Positions 1 through 11,717 of a stretch of DNA of 64,000 bases are shown here, piece after piece. Every line of letters begins with the position of its first letter. Position 1 is the first letter of the stretch. The DNA is from Felis catus (Eukaryota): assembly GCF_018350175.1 (NCBI RefSeq), contig NC_058368.1, forward strand, positions 116,314,001-116,378,000. The letters run 5' to 3'. Made by a program: the position numbers and the translations under genes. The notes beneath the pieces were generated by a model. It was given only the letters and a program-made list of their open reading frames with translations. It made no database searches and had not been told where the DNA came from.

Positions 1-939
1 ATGTTGTACCAGTCAATACCTGTTTTTGCCTAAGGATGTATCCATACCAATTCTGGATAATCCAGCTTTGAAGTGGGTTGGGCAGAGCTGGGTTTCTTTC
101 GTTGGTGCTATTAGTTTGTGTTGTGACCTAGTCACACATACCTTGAAAATTTAAACAGCACCAAGGAAACAGGTTAATTAATTAAGTTCCACAAATTCTA
201 ACTAAAGACAGGACACATGGCATTTATATCAAAATAGTTTTGTAGAAAAGCTACAAGAGTTCTTTCCATTTCCTACAACTTATTATCTAGAAAGATCATT
301 CACCTAATATATTCTGCTTATAGAAAACACTCCCCCCCCCCTTTTGCATGTGAAATGCCAAAATTAGCAACTACCAAGCCAATGAAATGTTCACAATCTT
401 CAAAATGTTCTTTAAATAAATGTTTGGCAGGATCCATTTTTTTAACATTGTTATATTCTTTATAGAATTATCAGATTCCAATTTCAAGGGAGCTGAAATA
501 TTAAAAATTGCACAATCAAGATACACACAGCCCTTTGTTAGAGCTGTAAGAGAGGAGACGTGCCAGATCTTTTGCTTTGAGCCAACCTAAGTCATATAGA
601 CTTTCTCTGGGTCAAGGGGCATTTGCCATACAAACTTCACCAAATGCCTTTCTTCTGGTGATCTTTGATCATAGGATTACTTGAAGCTTGAGTATTTTAA
701 AACCCTTCTTCACTGACAAAGGAGATAGACGGATAGAGATAACAGAAGTAGAGACAGATCCTTAGGGTGGGGTGGGGGTGGGGGGATACCTCTGCCACCC
801 CCACCCAGCCCCCGCCTTAGTTAGCTTGTTTTGCATCACCAAGAACTGACAAGAATTAGTTTAGTTGGCGGGACCCAGGGGCAGGTGGAAGACTCCTCAA
901 GGAAGAGTAACTAAAATGGGGCTTTAAGTTTAGCACTTT

Positions 940-1142
940 GCTAGGCGCTTTCTGTTAGTTAGCTAGCTAATGTATTCATAACAACAATGCGACGAGGGAC
1001 GCACTCATATTAGTCCCATTTCACAGATGAACGAACGAACTGAAAGGCACACAGATTAAACACCAAACGCTCGTAGGTCACACAGCAAATACGTGGCGGC
1101 ACCAGTACTGGAAACTGCTCCAGAGCGTACTCTCTTAACCAC
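940..1142 (-). mobile_element. MIR SINE fragment at the CpG-island edge
   Basis: cccatttcacagatgaa...aggtcacacagc...ctccagagc...tcttaaccac MIR core. Confidence 0.6.
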
Positions 1143-1822
1143 CGCTTTCAGCCCTGTGGTCTGATTCCCCCGAGGTGTTAGCGGCCTTCCCACCGTCCTT
1201 CGTGGGACAGTTCCCAGTACTGAGGCATGGCGCTGTCCAGCCCTCAGGCCCGCCGCCTTCCTCCAGCAAGAGAACGCGGCCCCGCGGGGCCATCCCGCCG
1301 GTAGGTTGCAGAACCGCCGCGCCCGGCCACGTCCCGGCACGCGGGCGGGCCGAGTCGCCCCGGGGCGGCCATCCCAAGCAGCCCCCGCCCCGGGGCCCTC
1401 AGCTCCAGGCGCTGGGCTCCTCCACTCGGAAAGGCTGGAGGCGCCAAGCAGGAACCGCCCTGCCCCCTCGCCTGTCCCAGCCCCCTACCCCCTCCCAAAG
1501 AGCAGGCGGCAGATAGGTTGCACAATCTCACCTGTCCCAGAGGTGGCGACCGCTCTAGTGACTGACGCTCCGCTCCTCCAACCAGAGCCTGCGAGGAAGG
1601 TGGGGCCTAGACGAGACTGACTGCTTCATTCCTCCAATCCCCGTGCAGCAACTCTCCGGCCGCAGTCTCGGCGTCTGGCGGAGAGCGACAGGTGGGAGCT
1701 TGGTAGCCTCTGTGCCTCTTGCATCCTTAACGTATAAGCCTCACCAAGCTCAGGGTGAATTCTACTCCAAATCTCACTAATTCTGGCGGGTCGTCACCTC
1801 AGCCGTCATTTTAATCAGAAGT

Positions 1823-1833
1823 GGAAATTCCCC
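1823..1833 (-). promoter_or_regulatory. Consensus NF-kB site (GGGGAATTTCC on - strand)
   Basis: ggaaattcccc on + strand; motif match only. Confidence 0.45.
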
Positions 1834-2388
1834 AACCCTTTCCCGTCACCTCAGACGGGGGCGGGATGAATGGTACTATTGCCTGCCAATTGTACCACGC
1901 GACGTCCTGTGACAAAGTGATCGACACTTTATGGCGCCAATGAAGCCTCCCCTTGTCAGGGGTCACTATGACTGACCACAAGGCCAACTAATCCACTTTA
2001 AGGTCGTGACGCGGTGGTTACAGAGGTTGACCAATAGATGCAGAAAAAGACCGGAAGTCGGCGCGTGGGGACTAGGAGGCGGGTGTTCGCAACCGCCTAG
2101 GCCTGCGCGGGTCAACGCAGCTTGGGGGCCGCGAGCCAGCAAGCGGCGCGTGACGAAGAGCCTGAGCGACGGGTCACCTTGTCCAATGATCTGCAGCCGC
2201 TGGGGAACTGCAGCCAGTGGCGAGTGTGAGGGGCGGGAGGCAGCAGGTTAGGCAGTGAGAAGTTAGTGGCGCTGCTGGGACGGGGGGAAGGAGAAGCTTC
2301 TTCCTCCTGCTGTTCCTCTCGTTCCCGGGATCGGCGGCGGCGGTGGCTGCGGGTGACTCGGCAGCGTCTCCGGCTCCGCGTGCGAACC

Positions 2389-2679
2389 ATGCTGACCGAT
2401 GGCGGAGGCGGCGGCACCTCCTTTGAGGAGGACCTGGACTCGGTGGCTCCGCGATCCGCCCCAGCCGGGGCCTCGGAGCCGCCTCCGCCGGGAGGGGTCG
2501 GGCTGGGGATTCGCACCGTGAGACTCTTTGGGGAGGCCGGGCCCGCGCCTGGAGTCGGTGGCGGCGGCAGCGGAGCGGCCGGAGGGGACGCGGCGCTGGA
2601 TTTCAAGTTGGCGGCGGCGGTGCTGAGGACCGGGGGTGGAGGTGGTGCCTCTGGCAGCGACGAGGACGAGGTGTCCGAG
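2389..2679 (+). CDS. ANKHD1: ANKHD1 coding exon 1 (97 aa, Gly/Ala/Pro-rich N-terminus)
   Basis: gcgaaccATG at 2389; MLTDGGGGGTSFEEDLDSV...SDEDEVSE; donor GAG|gtacgc at 2680, phase 0. Confidence 0.96.
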
Positions 2680-3017
2680 GTACGCTTCCAGGACCCCCGT
2701 CTCCCATACAGTGCGAGGCATGAATTCTCTTTGGGCCAGCATAGGGTCGGGGCCACCTTCTCGCTCCGCCGGCGTTCTTTGACAGCGATCGGCTCCATGG
2801 CGGCAGTGGCAGCGGTGCGGGCCTAGTGCGCCCTCAGCTTACTCTTCAGCCGGCGGCTCGAGCCGGACCGGTTCCCGTCACCATCCGTAGACCCACAATG
2901 GGGAGTCCTTTGGTCTCCAAGCTTCGCGCGGGAACAAGGACTCCTCTGGCTACCTCCCGCCCACCCCGCTTTGGAGATGGGGGGGCGGGGTCTTGCCAGA
3001 GTCCCTGCCCTTGGTAC

Positions 3018-3073
<56 letters not shown>

Positions 3074-3110
3074 CACGAGAGCGAGACAGAGGGAGAGACA
3101 GACCGAGAAA
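3018..3110. repeat. (GA)n imperfect microsatellite at the start of intron 1
   Basis: Direct reading. Confidence 0.9.
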
Positions 3111-4383
3111 CCGAGTTTGCTAGCTGCAAGACCATTTCCACTACATGCCCGTGCCCAAAGTTGAGTTGTCTGACATTTATTTGCCTTGTGCCTTACCTGT
3201 GTATGTAAGAAGACTTCTTAATTTCCTTTTTTACTTTGAAACTGGTTAGTATGAAGAAGCTCTCTGCTTTTACTCTGAAAAAGCTCGTGAGCCTTTCACC
3301 TGGGACCTTTTGTGAAGTTATGCAGGAAAAGGAAATTCCAGTGCGTCTTTGAGCTTCGGAATAGTTGGGTAGATGAAGTCTGTAGGTTTTTAGGCTTGGG
3401 GAAGGTGAAACCCTGGACACCTTTTGCAGAGATTAATGATTAGATCCTTCATTTCTTTTAACTCTTTAACTCTTAACTGTGTGTTTTTAGGTCTGAGCAA
3501 CATGGGATGCAAGGCATCATTATCTTTTGGGCTTTAGGGAAGAAGGAGATATTTTATGTATGTACTTTTTTCTCTTGACCATGACTTGGATATGGTACTG
3601 TTCCTTTATGGCTATTGTTCTAAGTGCTCAAGAGTATTCTGTTTTGGTTCTAAGGTGCCTGGTTCATTCCCCTATGACCAATTATTTTAACCTCTGATCT
3701 TGGTGTTAAAGTACAGAGATTTCTCTGTGTACAACTATCCTGGCTGTTGTATTTGAGAGGAATAAGAAACTATTTGTGAGTTGCTGAATACAGTTAGTGC
3801 ATTGTCTTACCATTCTACCATTGTCTTACCATGCCTGAACAGGGGTTCATTTAGATTTAAAACCTTAGTACATTTTCATTCCAACATTTTGCTTTGGAAA
3901 AAAGCATGTGGGATGTAAGGGAGCTAGTCCCTTAAATGTCCATATCTTTGAATTTCACTATAAGTAACTTCTAAGCCAAAGTGGGACAGAATTTTATTTG
4001 AGTACACAATTATGGGGAGAGTCTGTGGAGCACCTCCACTCTTGTACTTATGGAAGGCTTTCTTTTATCCTTTCAATGGAAATTGATGACTAGGAACCTA
4101 AAACACATGTACTTTTTACCTAGGAAATAAGTGGGAATTTCTTTAGACTCTAAACATTAGAGGTTTTGTTTGTTTGTTTGTTTGTTTAACTTGTTAGACT
4201 GAAAAGGTTTGCTTTGGTCTAAATGTGATGTCCTTGATTTTCTGGACCATTTTCACATAATCATCATAAGTGAGGTAAAAGATCACTAATTCACATAAAT
4301 AATATTTTTACATAAATAGTATTTTTTTACATAAATATATCTGGGAAATGAGCTTTTGTAGTAACCATTTCTGTAAGGCTTGT

Positions 4384-4408
4384 ACACACACACACACACA
4401 CACACACA
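4384..4408. repeat. (AC)n microsatellite
   Basis: Direct reading. Confidence 0.9.
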
Positions 4409-5368
4409 CCCACTCTCAGTCTCTCTTTCTGTCTCTACCTTACTGTATTTCATTTGGAGTCTCCCTACCATGCGATTAAAGCTGTGGGCAGAATCCACAG
4501 CTCTTTGGTTTTTTGATGTTTATTATGGAAGTTATATATTCATGATTCTTTTACCCATTTAGGCTAATGGTAGAAGAACTTATTTTCCTGTTACTTAATT
4601 GTTCTGTGCCTAAGAAAAATTTAGGTATTTAAGTGTATATGGGTGAGTCTCATTTTGTGTCTAGGATACCCAGAGACTTTACCAAGGTCTAAGATGATGG
4701 TCAGTGTGTATATCTTTCTTAACCTGTGGGGAAAGGAAATTTTGTTTCTATGTCTTTTTTCTCCCATACCATATAAAGAAGAAATTCCTGGAGTATCTAG
4801 TCTCTCCTGTACAGTGTGTGTGGTAGACTACAATCTCTGTGGGAGTGAAATGAAATATCTTGTCCCATATTATTGCCTTTAAATTCTTGGTATGAAGAGA
4901 CCATAATGTCCTTCAAAAAACACTCACCCAATTGGCATTTTATGAATAATCCTAAAATCTTTTTTTTTTTCACCTTCCCTAGATGTTTTAGAACCAAGTA
5001 TTTAGAATCTAGACATCCAGAGAAATAACAAGTTATTTTAGTTTGAGAGTAAACTTTGTCATGTTCCCCCAATAGGGCAGGACTTGGTGAGAAATAAGTA
5101 AGAAATGTGGAGGCTTAGTGTATTTGCTTGAGATTAAGTCGAAGTTCTATACATTTTGTGTACAGAGGCATAGATACTCCAAGGACCTTTTTTAAAATTC
5201 ATTATTAGAGCCAATAGATTTGAAAAAACAGGCTGTTTTTCCTTGCTGGCTAAGTCAAAAAACCTAGTTTCTGGAAGGAGCTTGAGTATTTTTGTAAAAT
5301 TTTTATTAGAATGGTACCACCTTACAGAATACCACCATTTGGGATCTTTGGTTCTTGTTTTAAACACT

Positions 5369-5812
5369 CGTGGAGTGCCTGGTAGCTCAATTGGTTAAGC
5401 ATCTGACTTTGACTCAGGTCATGATCTCGCAGGTTTGTGAGTTCGAGCCCTGTGTGCAGCACTGTGCTGACAGTTCAGAGCCTGGAGCCTGCTTCAGATT
5501 CTTTGTCTCCCTCTCTCTCTGCCCAGTACCCACCCCCCGTCAATTCTCCATCTCTCTCTGTCTCTCAAAAATGAATAAATGTTAAAAAAAAATTTTAGGG
5601 GCATCTGAGTGGCTCAGTCACTTAAACATCCAACTCTTGATTTCGGCTCGGGTCATGATCTCAAAGTTCGTGAGTTTGAGCCCCACATAGGGCTCTGTGC
5701 TGGCAATGTGGAGCCTGCTTGGGATTCTCTCTCTCTTGTCTCTCTATCTCTCTCTCTGTCCCTACCCTACTTGCTCTCTCTTTCAAAATAAATAAATAAA
5801 ATTTTAAAAAAA
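5369..5812 (+). mobile_element. Two tandem CanSINEs
   Basis: Each has a tRNA-derived head (tggctcagt...ggttaag; gagttcgagcc), a (CT)n tract and an A-rich tail. Confidence 0.9.
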
Positions 5813-5962
5813 TTTAAACATTGGTAAATACCTGTTTTGTATTTCTTCAGGCATAGCAAGCATGTTCCTTAGCTGTCCAAGGCCTTGAATAGAAATTGGA
5901 ACTTGCGTTGGATGCTATTAAATGTACCCATTGTTCAGAATAGAGGTCATGTTGGAAAAAAA

Positions 5963-6158
5963 AATTTAATATTTATGTATTTTGAGAGAAAGAGTACAAG
6001 CAGGGGAGGGGCAGAGAGAGAGGGAGAGAGAATCCCAAGCAGGCTCCAAATTGTCAGCGCAGAGGCCAACTCAGGGCTCGAACCCATAAACTGTGAGATC
6101 ATGACCTGAACTGAAATTAAGAGTCAGATGCTTAACTGATTGAGCCACCCAGGAGCCT
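5963..6158 (-). mobile_element. CanSINE
   Basis: Antisense CanSINE text ending gagccacccaggagcc. Confidence 0.88.
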
Positions 6159-6759
6159 CTATAAGTGTTTTGATTTTTTTTAAGTAAAAAGAAGAAAATT
6201 CCTAAAGAAAAGACTCTTGTAAGATTTATGACTTTTAATTTTCTCTCATAAGGATGTGTGCATATACTGTATATATTTTTAAGTTATAAAAATCATATAG
6301 TCTCCTGGTGAAAAATTCAGCAGTATAGGTAGAAGATATAACATGCAAAGTAAAAGCCATTCTCATCCCCACTGACCCTTCAAATTTCATTTTTCAGTGA
6401 CAACCAGTATTAAAATTTTTCTTTCAGAGATTTTCTAAGCCTATATAAGCCTATGTATGTGTGTGTGTTTCTTCATATATACACACTGTAGAAACAAATA
6501 TCCAGTTAGAAAGCATAGCTTGATATCATATTGAGGCTTTTTTCTTACCTTGAGGCACGTGCCATATTTACAGTTATGCAAAAGCACACTAAAACTGTAT
6601 ACAGCAATTTATAGCAAAAGCTTTGTAGGGAATTTTTTTTCCTGAAAATTATTTTTAGAGGCAAAAGTATAGGCATACGGAATTTCCATTTTGATTTTCT
6701 CTAGTTGGAGAAGAGATGTATCATTTCCTTTGGAGTTTCTTATCATTTATAATCTAGAG

Positions 6760-6954
6760 CAAGATTTCTCAACAGTAACCTATCGATATTTTAGTCCAGA
6801 TAATTCTTATTGTGGGGGGCCATCCTGGGTATTAGCAACATACCTTTACCCACTAGATGCCAGTAGAACCCATCCAGTTGTGACAGCCATAAATGTCTGC
6901 AGACATTGCTAAATGTCTCCTGGGGACAAAATCACCCCTGGTTGAGAACCACTG
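6760..6954 (-). mobile_element. MER20 (hAT-Charlie) non-autonomous DNA transposon
   Basis: Ends ggttgagaaccactg; internal acccactagatgccagtag and gacattgctaaatgtc; imperfect 8-bp TSD atctagag/gtctaggg. Confidence 0.85.
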
Positions 6955-7307
6955 GTCTAGGGGCCACTCGTATCGACAGGGATGGCAATTTTGTCATGAA
7001 TACTCTGTATTCAAACTTTAGGTGAACAAGGTGAGTCAGTACTTTTAATAGCATCTCAAGGCTTATGCTCATAATCTGGACAAGAGAGAAATTGAAAAGT
7101 AGTGAAAGGTTTAATGCTGTCAATTTTCTGTAGTAAATTTACCATTTGGGGGAAATTTCACTTAAAATACTATATTATTGTTTAAAAATTTATTCTTAAA
7201 AATTAATTTCTAAAAAATCTTTATGGGGACTTTATTCAAGGTAGGAGGGGCTTTATTCCATAAATTATTAATATTAGTGATAACATATGAAACATAACTT
7301 AAAAATA

Positions 7308-7515
7308 TTTTTTAATGTTTATTTATTTTGAGAGAGGGGGAGACAGATCTTAAGTGGGGGAGGGACAGAGAGAGAGGGAGACACAGAATCTGAAGCAGGC
7401 TCCAGGCTCTGAGCTGTCAGCACAGAGCCCAATGTGGGGCTCGAATTCACAAACTGTGAGATCATGACCTGAGCAGAAGTCAGATGCTCAACCAGCTGAG
7501 CCACCCAGGTGCCCC
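7308..7515 (-). mobile_element. CanSINE
   Basis: Full antisense CanSINE; TSD aaa(c/t)ataactt. Confidence 0.9.
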
Positions 7516-8060
7516 TAGGAAATATAACTTTGTATTCTAGTGAGCAAATTTTGGAGACATAGGAAATGTTTACATAAAGCAAAGTTATATGTTATCACTG
7601 TAACAATTTGTTACATTGCATGAGTATCAACCTTGCACAAGTTTCATTCTATAAAGCCTTAAGGCTTTACATACAAAATGATGTGTTGATAAATATGATT
7701 ATATGAATGGTGGGCCAAACCAGAGTTGATTGGATTTGGGCAGAGCAAAATCTTATTGTGAAGTGTGAAGGCTGTAGGGGTTTTCTTTTGGTTGTTATTT
7801 AGTACATTACATTGGGTGATTACATGCATACAGTTTGTGAGTCACGGTGACATAAAGGAAAATACAGTGAAAAGTCTTGATCTAACTCCTGCTCCCAAGT
7901 ATCCTGCCCTCTACACTTTGAATGTCTTTTTTTTTCCTTTCAGAATTTCTTTATGGAAATACAAACATGTATTTTTATTTTCCCTATTGTGATACAAAAG
8001 ATACTCTTCACGTGAGATTTGTAAGTGGTAAATTAGAGAAGCAATTTAGGCTTAAAAAAA

Positions 8061-8255
8061 TTTTTTTTTAACCTTCATTTTTTGAGAGAAAGAGAGCACA
8101 GCGGGGGGGGGGGGGGGGGGGGCAGAGACAGAATCCGAAACAGGCTCCAGGCTCTGAGCTGTCAGCACAGAGCCTGACATGGGGCTCGAACTCATGAACC
8201 GTGAGATCAGGGCCTGAACCAAAGTTACTTAACCGACTGAACTACCCAGGTGCCC
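8061..8255 (-). mobile_element. CanSINE with expanded G run
   Basis: Antisense CanSINE text. Confidence 0.88.
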
Positions 8256-8724
8256 CTAGACTTTTTAATCTAATCAGAGTGAAAATATTTTAAGAATGAA
8301 GCGTTGGAAATGAGTTTAAGCACATTCCTTTTTGAGTCTGTCTGGTAGTGATCTGATAATGTACTAGATGACCTCTGAAAATCACTTCTGGTCTTCTGAT
8401 TTAGTGATAGATAAAATAAATAAAATATTTTGCTTTAAAGAAAGCAAAGCAGTTTTTTAAAAAGTATTAGTCTTGAATTGGCAAGTAAAAGAAAAAAAAA
8501 TGAGAAGTCTACCATTTTTTGTTTTTGTTTTTGCTTTTTGCCTAATTTACCTTCCTAGAGAACCAAAGGTATAAGAAATTCTTTTTTTTTTACCAATTAT
8601 AAATTAACAATTTCAGTATATCTATTTTTTTGAACCTTATCGTTTTCAGTTTTTCTCTCTTGTTGCTTGTCTGTAAAGTCGTAGAATCTTGGTGATAATC
8701 CTGTCTCATCTCATTTTTAGTTAA

Positions 8725-8935
8725 CTGCTACCATTTATTGAATGCATATTATATGCCAGTACCATACTAGATACTTTCGTTATTTTATGTAATCATTTCA
8801 ACACCCCTTTGAGGTAGGTATCTGCATTTTTATAGATGAATAAATGTAGGCTCAGAGAAATGATGAATCCATAAAACAAACAAACAAAAAAATGGTTAAA
8901 ATGTTTCATAGCTAGTAAATGGTAAAGCTAGGATT
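8725..8935 (-). mobile_element. MIR SINE fragment (interrupted by a CanSINE)
   Basis: ccatttattgaatgc...caacaccccttgaggtagg...tttatagatgaa...aggctcagaga. Confidence 0.65.
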
Positions 8936-8937
8936 TA

Positions 8938-9149
8938 TTTTTTTAATGTTTTTATTTATTTTTGAGACACAGAGAGACAAAGCATGAGCAGGGGAGGGGC
9001 AGAGAGGGAGGGAGACACAGAATCTGAAGCAGGCTCCAGGCTCTGAGCTGTCAACACAGAGCCTGATACGGGGCTTGTACTCACAGACTGTGAGTTCATG
9101 ACCTGAGCCATAGTTGGATGCTTAACCAACTGAGCTATCCATGTGCCCC
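8938..9149 (-). mobile_element. CanSINE
   Basis: TSD agcta(g/a)gattta at 8926-8937 and 9150-9161. Confidence 0.9.
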
Positions 9150-9753
9150 AGCTAAGATTTAAATCTAGAACTCATGCTATTATTTTGCTTCTTCAGATTA
9201 AGAAATAGGCAGTTTGGGGTTACAACATGCTCTTTCTCCAATAAATGCTTACTTAGTCCCTATAGAAGTTATTGTTTATCTAAAGTGAAATGAGAAAAGT
9301 AAGGATAGCGTAGTGAGTTTCTCGTAAAGGTACTTTTTCCTACTTTTTTTATATTTTGAGAAAATGCACTTCTTACTGTTACAAAATGAATTTTTAAACT
9401 ATCCGTATTTGACCAACTATCACATTAGAAACTTCGTGTTGGGACTCTGGGTAAAGCCTCACAAGTCTGGAAACAGTTGAGTTAGTGACTTGTCCAGGAT
9501 CACACAGCTAATTCATAGTTGTGAATAGTTGAAATAGGTTATATGACTCCCGTTCTAGTTATCTTACTTGTCCTGCTGTTTCTTTTCTAATGGATTGTAC
9601 CAGTGAATTTAATTAGTTGCTTAAGACATGCCTATCTCAAACTAGCACATAAACCATAGTTGGCCTTGTTGGAAAAGTTTTATATTATTTAATGAAATTG
9701 GTGACTGCCGTATAGATCATTATATTAAAAAAGGCTATTAAAAGTACACCACT

Positions 9754-9960
9754 GTGGTGCCTGGGTGGCTCAGTTGGTTAAGTGTCTGACTTCGGCCTAG
9801 GTCATGATCTTGCTGTTCCTGATTTTGAGCCCTGTCAGCTGTGCTGACAGCTCAGAGCCTGGAGCCTGTTTCATATTCTGTGTGTCTCCCTGTCTCTCTC
9901 TGTCCCTCCTCTGCTCATGCTCTCTCTCTCTCAAAAATAAACATTTAAAAAAAAAATTTA
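9754..9960 (+). mobile_element. CanSINE
   Basis: TSD aaaagtacaccact at 9740-9753 and 9961-9974. Confidence 0.9.
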
Positions 9961-10309
9961 AAAAGTACACCACTTGAGTATAGGAGGAGCACTATTCTAA
10001 GGTAGTTTTGTAATTGAATTTATTTGAAAAGTTCAGGCCTTGTCATTATTCATCTTAAAATTATTAAATAAATATTAAAACTACTGATATGGAAAGGCAT
10101 ATACCCAACTTTGCACCTTTGTCAATTTGGGAAACATTGGTTTTGTATATTGTTACACTCTAATTTGTAGAAATTAAAACCGGTATGCTATTCTATTGGT
10201 AGTTAATGACAGTGTGTAGTTCCTGTGAATGAAGATCATTTGCCTTATGATGATTGACTGGTTTACCTTTCTTCTGGCCAACTTTACCTAAACCAGAAAG
10301 AAAGTAAAG

Positions 10310-10313
<4 letters not shown>

Positions 10314-10373
<60 letters not shown>

Positions 10374-10390
10374 TATGTATATATATATAT
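10314..10390. repeat. (TA)n(CA)n compound microsatellite
   Basis: Direct reading. Confidence 0.9.
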
Positions 10391-10457
10391 GGCTGTATTT
10401 TATTTGCTAGACTGAAATTTAGCACCTGTTTGTCAAAGAACACATTTCATCTTTATC

Positions 10458-10660
10458 CTTTTTTTTTTTTTTTAATGTTTATTTTATCTTTGAGAAAGAG
10501 AGAGTGCGAGCAGGGGAGAGGCAGAGAGAGACTGAGACAGAGGATCTGAAGCAGGCTCTGTGCTAACAGCAGAGAGCCTGATGCGGGGCTCAAACTCACA
10601 GAGAGATCATGACTTGAGTCGCTGTTGGATGCTTAACTGACTGAGCCACCCAGGCATCCC
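10458..10660 (-). mobile_element. CanSINE
   Basis: Antisense CanSINE text with T tail. Confidence 0.88.
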
Positions 10661-11310
10661 TGATCTTAATCCTTTACATATATTTCTGTTCTTCTAAAAA
10701 TTTTTCCCTTAGTGAATATTTGCGGTAGTAGAGTGTTTTTGTTTTGTATTCTTTTATTTTGTTTTGTTTAAAGTAGATACCCAGCGTGTCCTGGCTATTT
10801 GATTCACCTGCAATGGTGTGCAGTTTTGAAAAGACAAAGGCAAGTATACCCCCCAGGGATTAGCTCTAAGAACCAAAGAATTGTACAGGAGAGCAGTTTA
10901 TTAAGTTGTCAAGGTAAATTTGATTTAACTGTTTCTATGAGGACAGTTAGATCGAGAACACTTTTTTTTTTGTTTTTGTTTTGTGTGTGGTAGAATATAA
11001 ATAGACAACATTTACCATTTTAACCATTTTTTTTTGTTTTTTTTTTTGTTTTAGTTGTGTTGGAATGTACCTAACACAAAATTTACCATTTTAGCCATTT
11101 TAAAGTGTACGTTTTAGTGGCATTAAGTACATTCATGTTGTGAAACCATCAACAGCAGCCATCTCCAGAATGTTTTCATCTTCCCAAACTGAGATTCTGT
11201 ATTCATCCCCATCTGCCCTTCCTCAGCCCCTACCAACCACAGTTCTACTTTCTGTATAAATTTAACTACCCTAGGTACGTGAAGTAAGTGGAATCATACA
11301 GTATTTCTAC

Positions 11311-11507
11311 TTTTTTTTTTTTTTTAATGCATGCTGGGGAGAGGGACGGGGGGGGGGGGAGAGAGAGAGAGAGAGAGAGAAAATCTTAAGCAGGCCCCAT
11401 ACTCAGTGGGGAGCCCGATGTGGGGCTCAATCCCACGACCCTAGGATCATGACCTGAGCTGAAACCAAGAGTCAGTTGCTCAGCTGACCGTGTCACTCAG
11501 GCACCCC
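11311..11507 (-). mobile_element. CanSINE inside L1M
   Basis: TSD acagtatttctactttt on both sides. Confidence 0.9.
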
Positions 11508-11717
11508 ACAGTATTTCTACTTTTGTGACTGGCTTATTTCACTGAGCATTGTGCATTCAAGTTTCATCCATGTTGTAGCACACGTCAGAATTTCATTCCA
11601 TTTAAAGGCTGAAAACCATACCATTGTATGTATATACCACCTTTTTTTATCCATTCATCTGTTGATGGACACTTGGATTGCTTTTACCTTTTGGCTGTTA
11701 AGAATATGCTGCTGTGA

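Larger units (their letters stand above)
1230..2990. promoter_or_regulatory. CpG island / TATA-less ANKHD1 promoter
   Basis: GC- and CpG-rich block spanning exon 1 within AT-rich surroundings. CCAAT boxes at 1886, 1937, 2031 and 2183; ETS site CCGGAAGT at 2051-2058; several CGTCA/TGACG half-CREs. Confidence 0.9.

Noticed and set aside
1886..1899. CCAAT...CCACG resembling an ER-stress element
   Set aside because: The spacer is 4 nt, whereas ERSE requires CCAAT-N9-CCACG.
2112..2798. 228-aa antisense ORF over exon 1, and the other ORFs at 1056-3020
   Set aside because: Low-complexity Pro/Ala/Ser/Arg products expected from GC-rich, stop-poor CpG-island DNA, with no recognisable domain.
2680..2826. 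ORF-track extension of exon 1 (VRFQDPRLP...AAVRA*)
   Set aside because: Read-through into intron 1. The true frame splices at GAG|gtacgc to VESFILDQ.
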